Below are positions 48,450 to 62,055 of a DNA stretch of 64,000 nt, in pieces. The DNA comes from Heptranchias perlo (Eukaryota). The DNA lies in contig NC_090358.1 in assembly GCF_035084215.1 (NCBI RefSeq), forward strand, positions 23,436,001-23,500,000. Direction: 5' to 3'. The notes below the pieces were generated by a model. That model was not told where the DNA came from. It saw nothing but the letters and a program-made list of their open reading frames with translations, and ran no database searches. The first letter of the stretch is position 1. The number at the start of each line of letters is the position of its first letter. The position numbers and the translations under genes are program-made.

Positions 48450-51400
48450 AAAAGGTCAATGGTTCCCCCATCAAAGCTTTGGTTGATCTTTTCATGGAAG
48501 ATTTGAAGTTACGACTGTTGCTTCTAACTGTGACAGAGCAAGCTGAGTCTGGAGGAATTCAAGGCTTGAGGGCCATTAATGCTTTGTTGATTCACCAGAT
48601 TTTTGATTTTCTTCTCCGTGGGGAAGGAGGTTGTCTGGGTGCCACTGCACTGCCTCCCCGCTGGTCCCCACCACTTTCATGATTTTCCTCCAGAAGTGAC
48701 GGCTGACGCTGACTGTACCCACCCATATTTGGGCAGGGGTATTCAAGCTGTGAATAAAGGCAAGATGTTCGCCCATGTAATTTGCTTCGTCAATGTTTGG
48801 CGGCAGGAACATCATTGTGTTCCAGTTTCCAGCGTTGCTAACGGGTTTGGGGGGGTGGTGGGGGTGGCTTAGAGGGAGATTTTTAAATTTTAAGCTTTTT
48901 CAAAATATTGTTAGCCTTCAGCTGGTAAGCTGTGGGAATTCTCCTCCCCGCAACTGAAGGAGGCGCTTCAGCAACGCTGTAAGTGGCCTGATACCCATCC
49001 CTGTATACAGATTCTCCAGACTGGGAAATGGACCAGAGTTGGTGCTGAATGTGTCTGGGGAATGGGAAATTCCCGGGATACCACACTTTTGCCGGTGATC
49101 ACACCAGTGAGTCAGCATGTCTTTTATCTGGACTTCTTATTCAGGGAGCAGGAGTAGCTGAATCACTGGCTGATGGTAACCATCGCAGGGGCACTTCAGG
49201 TAATCTGATACCTGATCCAGATGGGTTTGTAGTACGCCAAGTCACGTTGGTGACTTACCAGCTAGTTTGATCCATTGATGAAACTAAGAGCAGTAGGCCT
49301 GTCACTGGGAGCTGAGATTCTTCCCACATGGCTCTAGATATTTTTAATTTTTTTTTATTCCTTCATGTGGGCGTCGCTGGCCAGGCCGGCATTTATTGCC
49401 CATCCCTAATTGCCCTTGAGAAGGTGGTGGTGAGCCATCTTCTTGAACTGCTGCAGTCCGTGTGGTGAAGGTTCTCCCACAGTGCTGTTAGGCAGGGAGT
49501 TCCAGGATTTTGACCCAGTGATGATGAAGGAACGGCGATATATTTCCAAGTCAGGATGGTATATGACTTGGAGGGAAATGTGCAGGTGGTATTGTTCCCA
49601 TGTACCTGCTGCCCTTGTCCTTTTAAATGTTAGAAGTCACGGGTTTGGGAGGTGCTATCAAAGAAGCCTTGGTGAGTTGCTGAAGTGCATCTTGTAGATG
49701 GTACACACTGCTGCCACGGCACGCCTTATGGATATGGGTTAGGGATGGGCAGCAGGAAGTTTACCAATGCTCTACACACATGGGATCCCCAAATCTTGTT
49801 TTTTGCTAACCTGCACTGAGGATCTCTGGCCTTAAATAAGTGGGAAGTCTTTCTACAGGGAGGAAGTGCGTACTCCATGTTGGGCAAAAAAAGACAATAC
49901 CTGTGAGGATATCTTAGCAACCTGATTTGGAGAATTAAGCATGGTGATGGGGTTCTGAGCACATTAGACACCTGAATGACCAAAAAAGTGATTACCAAGG
50001 CGAAACTTCAAACTGACTTGGAGAACAGTGCAGGCACGTAACCAAACCCTAGTATACAAATTTTGACAGTCAAGCTTAGTAATATTGGGAGAGGGGTTAA
50101 CGACTCAACCACAAATCCTTGGAAGAGGTGAACAGTATCCCCAGGTATTAAAAAGGTGAGGGAGGAGACTTGTGAAGCACTGAGTGTTATTTTCAGGGAG
50201 ACAGTAAATACTGGGGAGATTGGGACTGCCTTGAAACAAGCATTTGTAGTTCTTATCTGACAACTACAGACTTGTTACCCTGAGCTCAGTCATCTGGAAA
50301 CTAATGGAATCAATAACAAAGAATAAAATGGAAGAGTAGCTATATGAAAGGACAGCAAGGTGGCTTTAGAAGGGATATATCTTCTCTGATTAACCTCGTA
50401 AACTTTTTTTTAGGAGGTCACATCTCAAGTTGACAGGGGCAAACCATATGATATGTGCCTAGACATCTAAAAGGCCTTTGATAAAAGATTACTCGAGAGA
50501 TTTCTTTACAAATTAGGGTCAGTGGAAATCAAGGGTAAGACATGGGTAAGGACTGGTAATTGGCTGAAGGGAAGTAAGTAGCAGATAGTCATGAGAAGAT
50601 ATAGGTCATAAAGGGGAGAGGAATTAATTGGAGATCCCTGGGAACCCTTCTGTTCCTGGTATACATCAATGATCTGGAATTACAGTCTCAATGCAGGTAG
50701 TTAAATTGCACATGATATCCAGCTGAGCTACTGAGGACTCTGAGGTGGCAGCTAAGATCTTACAAACGGAGCTCAACTAGTTTTGCACCTAGACTAATAA
50801 ATGTCAAATGAAGTTCAATGTGGGAAAATGCAAGCCTTTGCACATTGGAAGAAAGAATAGGAGGCACATATACGCTGTAGGTTGGATAGGACTTGCCATG
50901 GGACAAGTTGAAAAAGACTTATTAGTTGGCTTGTCACCCACCATGTCCCAACAACATAATGTAGCAATAAAAAAAGAAAATTGGATGTTGGTTAAATTGC
51001 TAAATCAACTAAGTTCAAATCTCCAGAAATCTCTGCATCGTGCCCTGATCAGGCCACATCTGAAGTACTGTGTTCAGTTCAAGGCACTGCAGTAATAATG
51101 CGGTCAACCAGGCAGGGCAGAGGACAGCAGTGAGGCTGATCCCAGTGTGAGAAGAGCTGTGAGGACCGAATTGCTAAGCTAGGCCTATTCAGTCTCCAGA
51201 AAAAGACATCTCAGGCGAGACAGAGTAAGCAAACGAAAAACATTATTTTCAAATATGCCGAGGTAGCAAGAAAAGGGCACATATCCAAGGTTATGAAGGG
51301 AAAATTTTTAATAGATGTCCACAGAGTGTGATCAACAACTGGAATGGATTGCAAGGTGAATGCGGTTGAGTCCAGGACATTGGGTCATTTAGAAAATTGC

Positions 51401-51460
51401 TAATGGCTGTTATGGGAAGTCATTAGGGGGTGATATTCTGGAAGAGATCAAATGAGGTGA
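48450..51460 (+). mobile_element. Very old, heavily degraded CR1 (RT clear from ~50100; upstream part probably ORF1/APE remnants)
   Basis: KAFDK, YINDL, MKFNVGKCKPLHIGRKN, LIRPHLKYCVQF in 50400-51100; possible ORF1 traces (SGLL, LNHWL, PDG) at 49120-49225. Upstream boundary uncertain. Confidence 0.6.
49350..49725 (-). mobile_element. CR1-group LINE family B 3' fragment
   Basis: Reverse-complement match to 14290-14670. Confidence 0.9.
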
Positions 51461-52109
51461 AGGTCCTACTTCAGAACTGACCTGGTTATCTTTACTATTC
51501 TGTTTCTTGAAACAGTAAAATAATGCATTTGAATATAGATCTTTATTTAAATCAGAATATTGTTTTAAAATAAAGATTATCTTTTAATTTTAGATGAATC
51601 TGTTTTTGAGGGGGTTATTTTTGCACTTACTTTTGAGTTGATTGATGTCTGCTGATTAATGAAAAGCTTTTCTACTAAGACAGTTGTCAGTCTCAATTGC
51701 AGAGCAAGGTGCCCTCTACTCCTCCCCATCTTAGAAGGAGGCCAGCTGCTGCACCAGTGGGAATTTTCCCATTCTTCACACTATTATTCTTGTGGTCTCT
51801 GGTCAACAGGTTTGTGTGGGCCCATTTCCTACTAGGAACTAGATTGTGGCTTCCTAAACTAATTTCACTGAAGTCATCTGTGTGAAGACTTCATGCCAAC
51901 AGTCTGGATTGGTTTGAAATCTGTGTCCCAGAGGTGAATCCACTCTATGCTACCCAATCCTGTGGAATTTGTGTCCCAAGTAGTTTCTTTGTATTTTACA
52001 TCAGCAACACAAACCCAATAAATTATGCAATAAAGTTACGATGATGGATGCTGTTTTTTCTCTCTATGTAGTAATGTTATGTCCCTAGCCATTATTAGTA
52101 ACATAACCT

Positions 52110-55100
52110 GAATGGATGGCTCGTTTCAGGAGCTGGTCACCCCGCAGCTTAAGAGAGTGCAGGCAGAGAGGGACTGGGTGACCGCCAGACAGACAAGGAG
52201 GACCAGGCAGGTAGCGCAGGAGTCACCTGAGTGCATCTCGCTCTCTAACCAGTATTCAGTTACTGCTGAGGGAGAGGGTTTCCTCTGCAAAGTGCAGCCA
52301 GAGCCAAGTCCACAGCGCCATGGATGGCTCAGCTGTATTGGGGGTGGTGGGGGGTGGGGGGAAGGTCAGGAGAGCAATATTGATAGGGGATTCAATAGTT
52401 AGGGGAGCAGACGGGCGTTTCTGCAGCCTCTGACGTGATTCCAGGATGGTATGTTGCCTCCCTGGTGCCAGGGTCAAGGATGTCACTGAACATCGGCAGA
52501 ATATTCTGGAGGGGGGAGGGTGAAGATCCAGAGGTCGTGGTCCATATCGATACCAATAACATAGGTAGAAAGAGGGATGAGGACCTGCAGGCAGATTTTA
52601 AGGAGTTAGGAAAGAGATTAAGAAGCAGGACCTCAAAGGTAGTAATCTCTGGATTACTCCCGGTGCCACGCGTTAGTGAGCACAGGAATAGGATAGAACA
52701 GATGAATGCGTGGCTAGAGAGATGGTGCAGGAGGGAGGGCTTTAGATTCCATGGGCCTTGGACCCAGTTCTGGGGAAGGTGGGACCTGTACAGGCCGGAC
52801 GGGTTGCACCTCAATGGAACTGGGACCAATGTCCTCGCGGGGAGGTTCGCTAGTGCTGTGGGGGGAGGGGGTTTAAACTAATTTGGCAGGGCGATGGGCA
52901 CCAGGATGTAGCAATGGAAAGGAGAAACAAGGAGCACAAAGGATCGGGGGAGAAAGATAGCACTAGAGCAAGAAATAGTACAGTATTAGGTGGGATCAGA
53001 CTAAGAGAGAGCACAAGAAAGTCTAAGACTGGTTTGCAGTGCATGTGTGTAAACACACGAAGTGTGGTAAACAAGGTTGGTGAGCTGCAGACACAAATAG
53101 CCACATGGGAATAAGATGTCGTGGCGATAACGGAGACCTGGCTCAAAAAAGGGCAGGATTGGGTACTAAATATTCCTGGATACAAGGTGTTCAGGAAAGG
53201 AAAGAAAGGAGGGTGGGGTGGGTGGCAGCATTGATTAAGGAGAATATTGCCATACTGGAGAGAGAGGATGTCCTGGAGGGGTCAAGGGACAGGATCTGTT
53301 TGGTTAGAGTTAAGAAATAAAAGAGGTACCATTACGCTACTGGTTGTATTCTATAGGCCACCAACTAGTGGGAAGGATATAGAGAGGTGCAAAAGCTGTA
53401 GAGTAGTGATAACTGGGGACTTCAACTATCCTAATATAGACTGGGATAACAATAATAATATAAGGGGCACCGAGGGGGAGGAAGTTTTGAAATGTGTTCA
53501 GGATAACTTTCTTAACCAGTACATTTCCGGCCCAATGAGGAAAGAGGCATTGCTGGACTTGGTTCTAGGGATTGAGGTGGGCCAAGTGGAGCAAGTGTCA
53601 GTGGGAGAGCATTTAGGGAGCAGCGATCATAGTATCATAAGGTTTAGAATAGCTATGGAAAAGGACACGGACCACTCTAAAGTACAAATACTCAATTGGA
53701 GGAGGGCCAGTTTCAATGGGATGAGAACAGATCTGGCCCGGGTAAATTGGAATCAAAGATTGGCAGACAAAACTGTAATTGAACAGTGGGCGGCCTTTAA
53801 GGAGGAGATGGTTCGGGTACAGTCTAGGCACATTCCCACAAGGCATAAAGGTAGGGCAACTAAAGCCAGAGGACCCTGGATGACAAAAGAGATGGTGAGT
53901 AAGATGAAACAGAAAAAAGGGGCGTATGACAGATGTCAGGTTGATAACACAAGTGAGAACCAGGAAGAATATAGAAGGTTCAGAGGGGAAATGAAAAAGG
54001 AAATAAGAGGGGCAAAGAAGGAGTATGAGAAAAGACTGGTGACCAACATAAAAGGGAATCCAGGCATGTAAACAGTAAATGCGTAGTAAGAGGAGGGGTG
54101 GAGCCAATTAGGGTCCATAAAGGAGATCTACACATGGAGGGCATGGCCGAGGTACTAAATGAGGACTTTGCATGTATCTTTACCAAGAAAGAAGATGCTG
54201 CCAGAGTCTCAGTAAAGGAAGATATAGTTGAGATACTGGATGGGCTAAAAATTGATAAAGAAGAAGGGCTAGCTGCACTTAAAGTAGATAAGTCACCCGG
54301 TCCAGATAGGATGCATCCTAGGTTGTTGAGGGAAGTAAGGGTGGAAATTGCGGAGGTACTGGCCATAATCTTCCAAACATCCGTTGATACGGGGGTGGTG
54401 CCAGAGGACTGGAGAATTGCAAATGTTACACCCTTGTTCAAAAAAGGGTGTAAGGATAAACCCAGGAACTATAGGCCAGTCAGTTTAACCTCAGTAGTGG
54501 GGAAACTTTTAGAAACGATAATTCAGGACAGAATTAACAGTCAGTTGGACGAGTGTGGATTGATTAGGAAAAGCCTGCATGGATTTGTTAAAGGCAAATC
54601 GTGTTTAACTAACCCGATCGAGTTTTTCGATGACGTAACAGAGAGAGTAGATGAGGGCAATGCAGTTGATGTGGTGTATATGGACTTTCAAAAGGCGTTT
54701 GATAAAGTGCCGCAGGTAGGCTTATCATCAAGATTGCGGCCCATGGAATAAAGGGCGCAGTAGCAACATGGATACAGAATTGGCTAAGGGACAGGAAATG
54801 GAAAGTAGTGGTGAACAGTTGTTTTTCGGACTGGAGGGAGGTGTACAGTGGTGTTCCCCAGGGGTCAGTGCTGGGACCACTGCTTTTCTTGATATATATT
54901 AATGAGTTGGACTTGGGTGTATAGGGCACAGTTTCAAAATTTGCAGATAAGACAAAACTTGGAAGTGTAGTAAACAGTGAGGAGGATAGTGATAGACTTC
55001 AAGAGGATATAGACAGGCTGGTGACATGGGCAGACATGTGGCAGATGAAATTTAATGCAGAAAAATGCGACGTGATACATTTCGGTTGGAAGAACGAAGA

Positions 55101-55860
55101 GAGGTAATATAAACTAGAGGGCACAACTCTAAAAGGGGTACAGGAGCAGAGAGATCTGGGGTATGTGTGTAAAAATCGTTGAAGGTGGCGGGGCAGGTTG
55201 AGAAAGCGGTTAAAAAAGCATACGGGATATTGGGCTTTATAAATGGAGGCATAGAGTACAAAAGTATGGAAGTCATGATGAACCTTTATAAAACACTGGT
55301 TCGGCCACAACTGGAGTATTGTGTCCAGTTCAGTTTCCACTTCAGATAAGATGTGAAGGCCTTAGAGAGGGTGCAGAAGAGATTTACTAGAATGATTCTC
55401 GGATGAGGGCCTTTAGTTACAAGGGTAGACTGGAGAAGCTGGGGTTGTTCCCCTTGGAACAGAGACGGTTGCGAGGAGATTTGTTAGAGGTATTCAAAAT
55501 CATGAATGGTCTAGCAGAGTAGATAGAGAAAAACTGTTCCCATTGTCGGAAGGGTCAAGAACCAGAGGACATAGACTTAAGGTGATTGGCAAAAGAACCA
55601 AAGGTGACATGAGGGAAATCTTTTTTATGCAGCGAGTGGTTAGGATGTGGAATGCTCTGCCCAAGGGGCTGGTGAAGGCTGATTCAATTGTGGCTTTCAA
55701 AAGGGAACTGGATAAGTACTTGAAAGGAAAAAATTTGCAGGGCTACGGGGAAAGGGCGGGGGAGTGGGACTAGCTGGATTGCTCTTGCATAGAGCCGGCG
55801 TGAACTCGATGGGCCGAATGGGCTCCTTCCATGCTATAACCTTTCTATAATTTCGATGAT
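52110..55860 (+). mobile_element. CR1 LINE, near full length (ORF1 esterase + ORF2 APE/RT), decayed
   Basis: GDSIV, VVVHIDTN, DGLHLN; GDFNYP, SDHSII; [25 protein letters not shown]; 3' UTR GGGCCGAATGG. Confidence 0.95.
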
Positions 55861-56737
55861 TATATATATAAAAAGGTCATTTGTTAATGCAGCAATGTGC
55901 TTCCTGGAAGCAATTTTTTTTGTGAATTCAAGGATAGTTCTGTAATGGTGCTGCATAGCACGTTTCAGTTTAAATAACTTAAATACTGTATCATATATGG
56001 AAACTAGGCTTTAAAGTAGAAGACCTTATAATGTATGCTAAATATAGAGGAAGAAAAAGGATGCAACATTTTTAAACATGGTTTGGAATAGTGTTCTGGT
56101 CATGAGTCGTGCCTTCAGTGTTGGACAGATTTGTCTAGCACTGTGGTTTGGATGTATAAATATCAAACACAAATATACAAGCTTCAACAGAGTATGGCAA
56201 AATAATAAATTCTAATTTGTGCTTCAAAAGATTTCAGTAAAATGATGTCTGTCATGAAAAATAATGGTGATTTTGCACTTGATTATTTGATCTATAAAGA
56301 AACAGAAAATCACAGGAAAAAAATTGGTATTTTTTTCATTCAATTCTGTTAAAATTCACCTATAATTTAATGATTTAGAATTTATATCCATCTAAATATA
56401 ATTGGAGGCCTTTATTCTTGGGAGAGAAATAGGAATCCTTCTAAAATTAACAGAATATCTTCTAAATTCAGAAATTCTCTTGTGAAGCTTTTGCATAACA
56501 TCTCTGTTTTCTAGTCCTAGCATCGATAGCAAAACGGAGCGACATAACTCATTGGATCAAAAAAAGTATCCATTATCAAATTTATTTCATCAATAGATTA
56601 TCTGAAGACCAGTGAACTGCAAGTTTATACACATTTCTGTCAGATCTATGGACTGAGGCTTTGTGATTTTAGAATAAAATCACACACCCTGGATCAGTAA
56701 TTAAATCCACAAAATCACTCAAGAAAAACATGTGACT

Positions 56738-56880
56738 GAAAGGAGTACAGGGACAGAGAGATCTGGGGGTATATGTACACAAATCATTGAAGGTGGCGGG
56801 GCAGGTTGAGAAAGTGCTTTAAAAAAGCATACGGGATCTTGGGCTTTATAAATAGAGGCATAGAGTACAAAAGCAAGGAA
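56738..56880 (+). mobile_element. Internal CR1 RT fragment
   Basis: Closely matches 55130-55270. Confidence 0.8.
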
Positions 56881-57199
56881 CAGTCACACCATATGCTGAC
56901 CAGGAAAGTGATCTAAGAATTATTGTTGATGAATCTACGAAACCATTAGCCCTGTAAAGAATGGTGCACAATTCTGCTCATCCAATCCTAGGAAGTAAAC
57001 TATGCTGTTGAGAGGGTACAGAGGCTGGCAACCATAATTATTCTGTGTATCAGAAGTTTAAGATGAAAATAAGCTAAGGAAGTTGTGCTTGCTTCTTTTG
57101 GGAGCAAACAAAATGTCACGGTGAATTTCTCAAGACTTTGAAGAAAATTGACAAAGTTAACCCAATCTAATTGTTCACTATGGCAAAGAGCAGCAAAGA

Positions 57200-57602
57200 A
57201 AGAACTTGCGTGTCTATAGTACCTTATCACCAAAGTGCCTCACAGCCAATGAATTATCTTTTGAAATGTAGTCACTGTTGCTATGTAGATAAACACGGAG
57301 TGGATTTGCACAGGACAGGATCCCACAAACAGCAAATGAGATGAATGAGCAGTTAATGTGTTTTTAGTAGTATTTGTTAAAAACAAAATGTTGGCTAAGA
57401 CGCAGGGAAAACACTACATTCACCTGAACACGCTAATAGGCCTGCGGTTTAATGTCTCATTTTGAAAGACAGCACCTTTAACAATGCAGTACTCGCTCAG
57501 TGCTACACTGAAGTGTAGCCTAGATATATGTGCTCAGGTCTTCGAATGAGGCTTGAACCATCCGACTCTTGGACAAGAATGCTGCCAAATTGAGCCAAGC
57601 TC
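57200..57602 (-). mobile_element. DeuSINE-like SINE, degraded, within an old CR1 3' remnant (~56900-57840)
   Basis: CACAGCCAATGAA..GTAGTCACTGTTG..CCCACAAACAGC..GAGCCAAGCT. Confidence 0.7.
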
Positions 57603-58389
57603 ACAAGTTTCAAATTTAGGAGTGAGGAGGAAAGTCAGATGGATATTTTTGATATACGAAGGTCGATAGAGTGTGGAGCATCTCACCAGGAAAATGCATT
57701 TATACAAATAGTGTAAACAAGTTTAAGGGGCACACGGAGGTGTTTCTGGTGACAGAAGGGATTGAAGGACATAATAAGAAGGAAGGTTGTTGGTGTCAAG
57801 ATCGGTTGTTTGGGCCTAAGTAATTTCTTATACCGAAAAAATCTTGTGTTGTTAAATAGTCCAATTCACTTATTGCACACCACAGTTAGCAGCAATGAAC
57901 CCTGTATTTGAACTGTAGCATTCATTGCTATGGTAATCATTCATTGTGATATTTTTAGTACTTCATAAAAATGTTAATATGAATTTACTGCCAGATTGTT
58001 GTTGTGTGAAATTACCGTAAATTCTGATTAGAGAAGTGCTAAAGCTTATTTTGGAGAAAGAAATCGCATGACGAGCCTGCGATAGATTTATCAGAAATTT
58101 AATATCATCGTGTTGGAATAGTGTTCTATTCTTCTGAGTAATTTTTTAGGTCTGAAATATTTTCAGATAATGAGCATTTTCATCATGGCATCCATTTTGT
58201 AGGTGTCTATGCCATTACTTGTTGATTTCACGATTGATTGAGCTGCAGTAGTTACATAACCATATGGATGATGTGATCATTGTATAGCAATACAAAACCA
58301 ATATTTTCTTATTTGTACTCAGAGTGTGGACATCTCTGGCAAGGCTGCAGTTGTTACCCATCCCTAGTTGCCTGAGGTGGTGGTGGTCA

Positions 58390-58795
58390 TTACATAGAAT
58401 TTACAGCACAGAAACAGGCCATTCGGCCCAACTGGTCTGTGCCAGTGTTTATGCTCCACACGAGCCTCCTCCCACCCTAATTCATCTAACCCTATTAGCA
58501 TATCCTTCTATTCCTTTCTTCTCATGTACTTATCTAGCTTCCCCTTAAATGCATCTATGCTATTTGCCTCAAGTACTCCATGTGGTAGCAAGTTCCATGT
58601 TCTAACCACTCTCTGGGTAAAGAAGTTTCTCCTGAATTCCTTATTGGATTTATTAGTGATTATCTGATATTTATGACCCCAAGTTTTGGATTCCCCCACA
58701 AGTGGAAACATCTATATCTGCCCTATCAAACCCTGTCATAACTTTAAAGACTTCTATTAGGTCACCCCTCAGCCTTCTCTTTTCTGGAGAAAAGT
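58390..58795 (-). mobile_element. CR1 3' fragment inserted in a SINE (58305-59050, family of 9180-9485)
   Basis: MFPLVGESKTWGH..FFTQRVVRTWNLLP. Flanks are the tail and body of the 9180-type SINE on the minus strand. Confidence 0.85.
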
Positions 58796-60124
58796 AGTGA
58801 TTGTTGTACAACTGAGTGGCTTGCTAGGGCATTTAAGAGTCATATAGGCCAGACAGGTAGGGGTGGCAGATTCCCTTCTCTGAAGGACAATAATGAACCA
58901 CTTGGAGTTTTACAACAATCCAGCAACTTTCATGGTCATTTCTTTTCTAGGGTTGGACTACAACTTGCCAGATACTTTTGGATTCAATTTCACAACTTGT
59001 CATGGTGGGATTGCAATTCCAGTCCTTTAACTATGACATTACTGTGTAAAAAGCAATGTCTTGGAGTCTAGTATTTATATACTTCTGATCTTGCTGTTCA
59101 GTTTAACTAGCTCCATTGTCCAAGGTAGTGCAAATATGATGTCCATGTTCACTGTGAAGTGAAAAATGGTACTGTATTATATATAGTTTAGTGTTTTAGT
59201 TTGAATCTTTATTGGAATCACTGGCCTAATTCACTTTTTTTCGGGGCATAGAACATGACTCCTGCCAAAACTATTTGCATTGGGTGATTGTTGTGTATCT
59301 TTATGATAAATGCGTTTTGCAGTAAATGCTAAGTTTTGAGCATCACAGTAAAGATAAACAATGTTTTAAAAAGCTGCTTTGTGAATTCTAATCAACACAA
59401 ATAGCATGGGATACCTCGATAGCAGTGGTATTTAGGGATCTACCCAACATCTTCATCCAGAGAATATTGGGTGCAAAAAACAGTTCAATGAGGAGCTTGT
59501 TATTGTGCTTTGTTTTCAGGCTACAAACATCATGGACGTCTGCTGTGAAATCATTTTGCTGAGTTACAGAGGGAAAAAGATGATAAAAAGCAAAGAAATG
59601 GATGAATGTAAAATTTGAAACTAAAATGAGCAATTTTATTACTGCAGGGCAGAATAGTGATGCATGGTAAATGCTGAATAGAATATGAATTGCAGCTCCA
59701 GATCCCAGCTCCAGGAGTAAATATCACAGTTAAATCAGCTCGAAGGGTGAAAATGATTGACGTGGTTATTGGCACTCCCTGGAAACTACTGAGCTATAGT
59801 GCCTTAGGGGAACTTCATTTAGACTTACTGAAAGATAATACTGAGCAAAGATTTCTGACCAAAATTAGGCTTGGGAAACAGAATAAATAAAGCAGGCTGT
59901 CACATATCATTCATGCAAGTATCTAGATGAGGAATGTAATAATAAATTATCTGACATAATCTTGCTGCAATCAGTGTAGACACGAATGTGCTAAGTGAAG
60001 CATTGCACTCTTCAATGTTTATTATGTATTCTAAATTGTTGGAGCACATGGACTTCATTTATTCATGTGTATCTGAAAGACAACTCAAAATCATCGTCTG
60101 GGAAAAAAAAGGTTTAGAGTACGA

Positions 60125-61612
60125 AAGGAAGTGGCCCTGGAAATAGTGGATACATTGGTGATCATCTTCCAAAATTCTATAGACTCTGGAACAGTTCCTA
60201 CAGATTGGAGGGTGGCAAATGTAATCCCACTATTTAAAAAAGGAGGGAGAGAAAAAACAGGGAATTACAGACCGGTTAGCCTAACATCATTAGTGGGGAA
60301 AATGCTAGAGTCTATTATAAAAGATGTGATAACAGAACACTTGGAAGGCACTAACGGGATTGGACAAAGTCAGCTTGGGTTTATGAAAGGGAAATCATGC
60401 TTATCAAATCTACTGGAGTTTTTTGAGGTTGTAACTAGTAGAATAGATAGGGGAGAACCAGTGGATGTGGTGTACTTGGATTTTCAGAAGGCTTTTGATA
60501 AGGTCCCACACAAGAGGTTAGTGTGCAAAATTAAAGCACATGGGATTGGGGGGAATATAATAGCATGGATTGAGAATTGGTTGACAGACAGGTAACAGAG
60601 AGAAGAATAAACGGGTCTTTTTCCGGGTGGCAGGCAGTGACTAGTGGGGTACCGCAGGGATCGGTGCTTGGGCCCCAGCTATTCACAATATAGATCAATG
60701 ATTTGGATGAGGGAACTAAATGTAACATTTTCAAGTTTGCAGACGGCACAAAGCTGGGGTGGAATATGAGCTGTGAGGAGGATGCAAAGAGGCTCCAATG
60801 TGATTTAGACAAGTTGGGTGAATGGGCAAGAACATGGCAGATGCAGTATAATGTGGATAAATGTGAGGTTATCCACTTTGGTTGTAAAAACAGAAAGGCA
60901 GATTATTATCTGAATGGTGATCGATTGGGAAAAGGGGAGGTGCAACGAGACCTGGGTGTCCTTGTACACCAGTCGCTGAAAGCGAGCATTTAGGTGCAGC
61001 AAGCAGTTAGGAAGGCGAATGGTATGTTGGCCTTCATTGCAAGGGGATTTGAGTACAGGAGCGGGGATGTCTTACTGCAGTTATACAGGGCCTTGGTGAG
61101 ACCACATCTGGAGTATTGTGTGCAGTTTTGGTCTCCTTATCCGAGGAAGGATGTCCTTGCCATGGAGGGAGTGCAATGAAGGTTTACCAGGCTGATTCCT
61201 GGGATGGAAAGATTGGGTTGATTAGGCCTATATTCACTAGAGTTTAGAAGAATGAGAGGTGATCTCATTGAAACATATAAAATTCTAACAGGACTAGACA
61301 GACTAGATGCAGGAAGGATGTTCCCGATGGCTGGGGAGTCCAGAACCAGAACCGAGATGAGGAAAAATTTCTTCACTCAGAGGGTGGTGAACCTGTGGAA
61401 TTCTCTACCACAGAAGGCAATGGAGGCCAAGTCATTATATATATTCAAGAAGGAGATAGATATATTTCTTAATGCAAAAGGGATCAAGGGATATGTGGAA
61501 AAAGCGGGAACAGGGTACGGAGTTAGACGATCAGCCATGATCATTTTGAATGGCGGAGCAGGCCCGAAGGGCCGAATGGCCTACTCTTGCTCCTATTTTC
61601 TATGTTTCTATA
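60125..61612 (+). mobile_element. CR1 LINE, 5'-truncated (RT + 3' UTR)
   Basis: [50 protein letters not shown]; (TTTCTATG)n tail. Same subfamily as 1313-2530. Confidence 0.95.
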
Positions 61613-62055
61613 TGAGAGCGGGAAATTCTGGAAGAACTGTGGAATTATTTAAGTTTAGAAGGAAGTACTAATTAAACGCCCCGAATTTCAACCTGTTTAC
61701 TTAAACAGAATCTTTTTGTAACAATAAGTACTGTTGCAGAGATATTTTGGTAAGATGGAAAGGTGCAAATTAGTTTGTTATTTAAAGTGTTATATTTCTG
61801 TGCCATAAATAGATGGCACAGCCTGCGCCTGATATTCCAGCTTGTAGTGTTGGCCTGGCCTTAATGAAAACTCTAGTGTGGTTGGATAAAAGTAGTTGCT
61901 TTTATCACACTTGATTGACCAGGAGAGGGGTATGCCCCTGTGTACTAAAATAAACCAGATAATAAAAGAACTGCAGCAACACAATGCAGAATACCCCGTG
62001 GAAGGTTTAATGCCCAGTTTCATACTAACATTGACAGCCTCTTCCCAGTTACAAT

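Noticed and set aside
48590-48730. Minus-strand peptide ..PRQPPSPRRRKSK resembling a hepadnavirus core C-terminus (possible endogenous virus)
   Set aside because: Only one short SPRRR motif and no core-like upstream sequence. The region is better explained as the decayed 5' part of the old plus-strand CR1.
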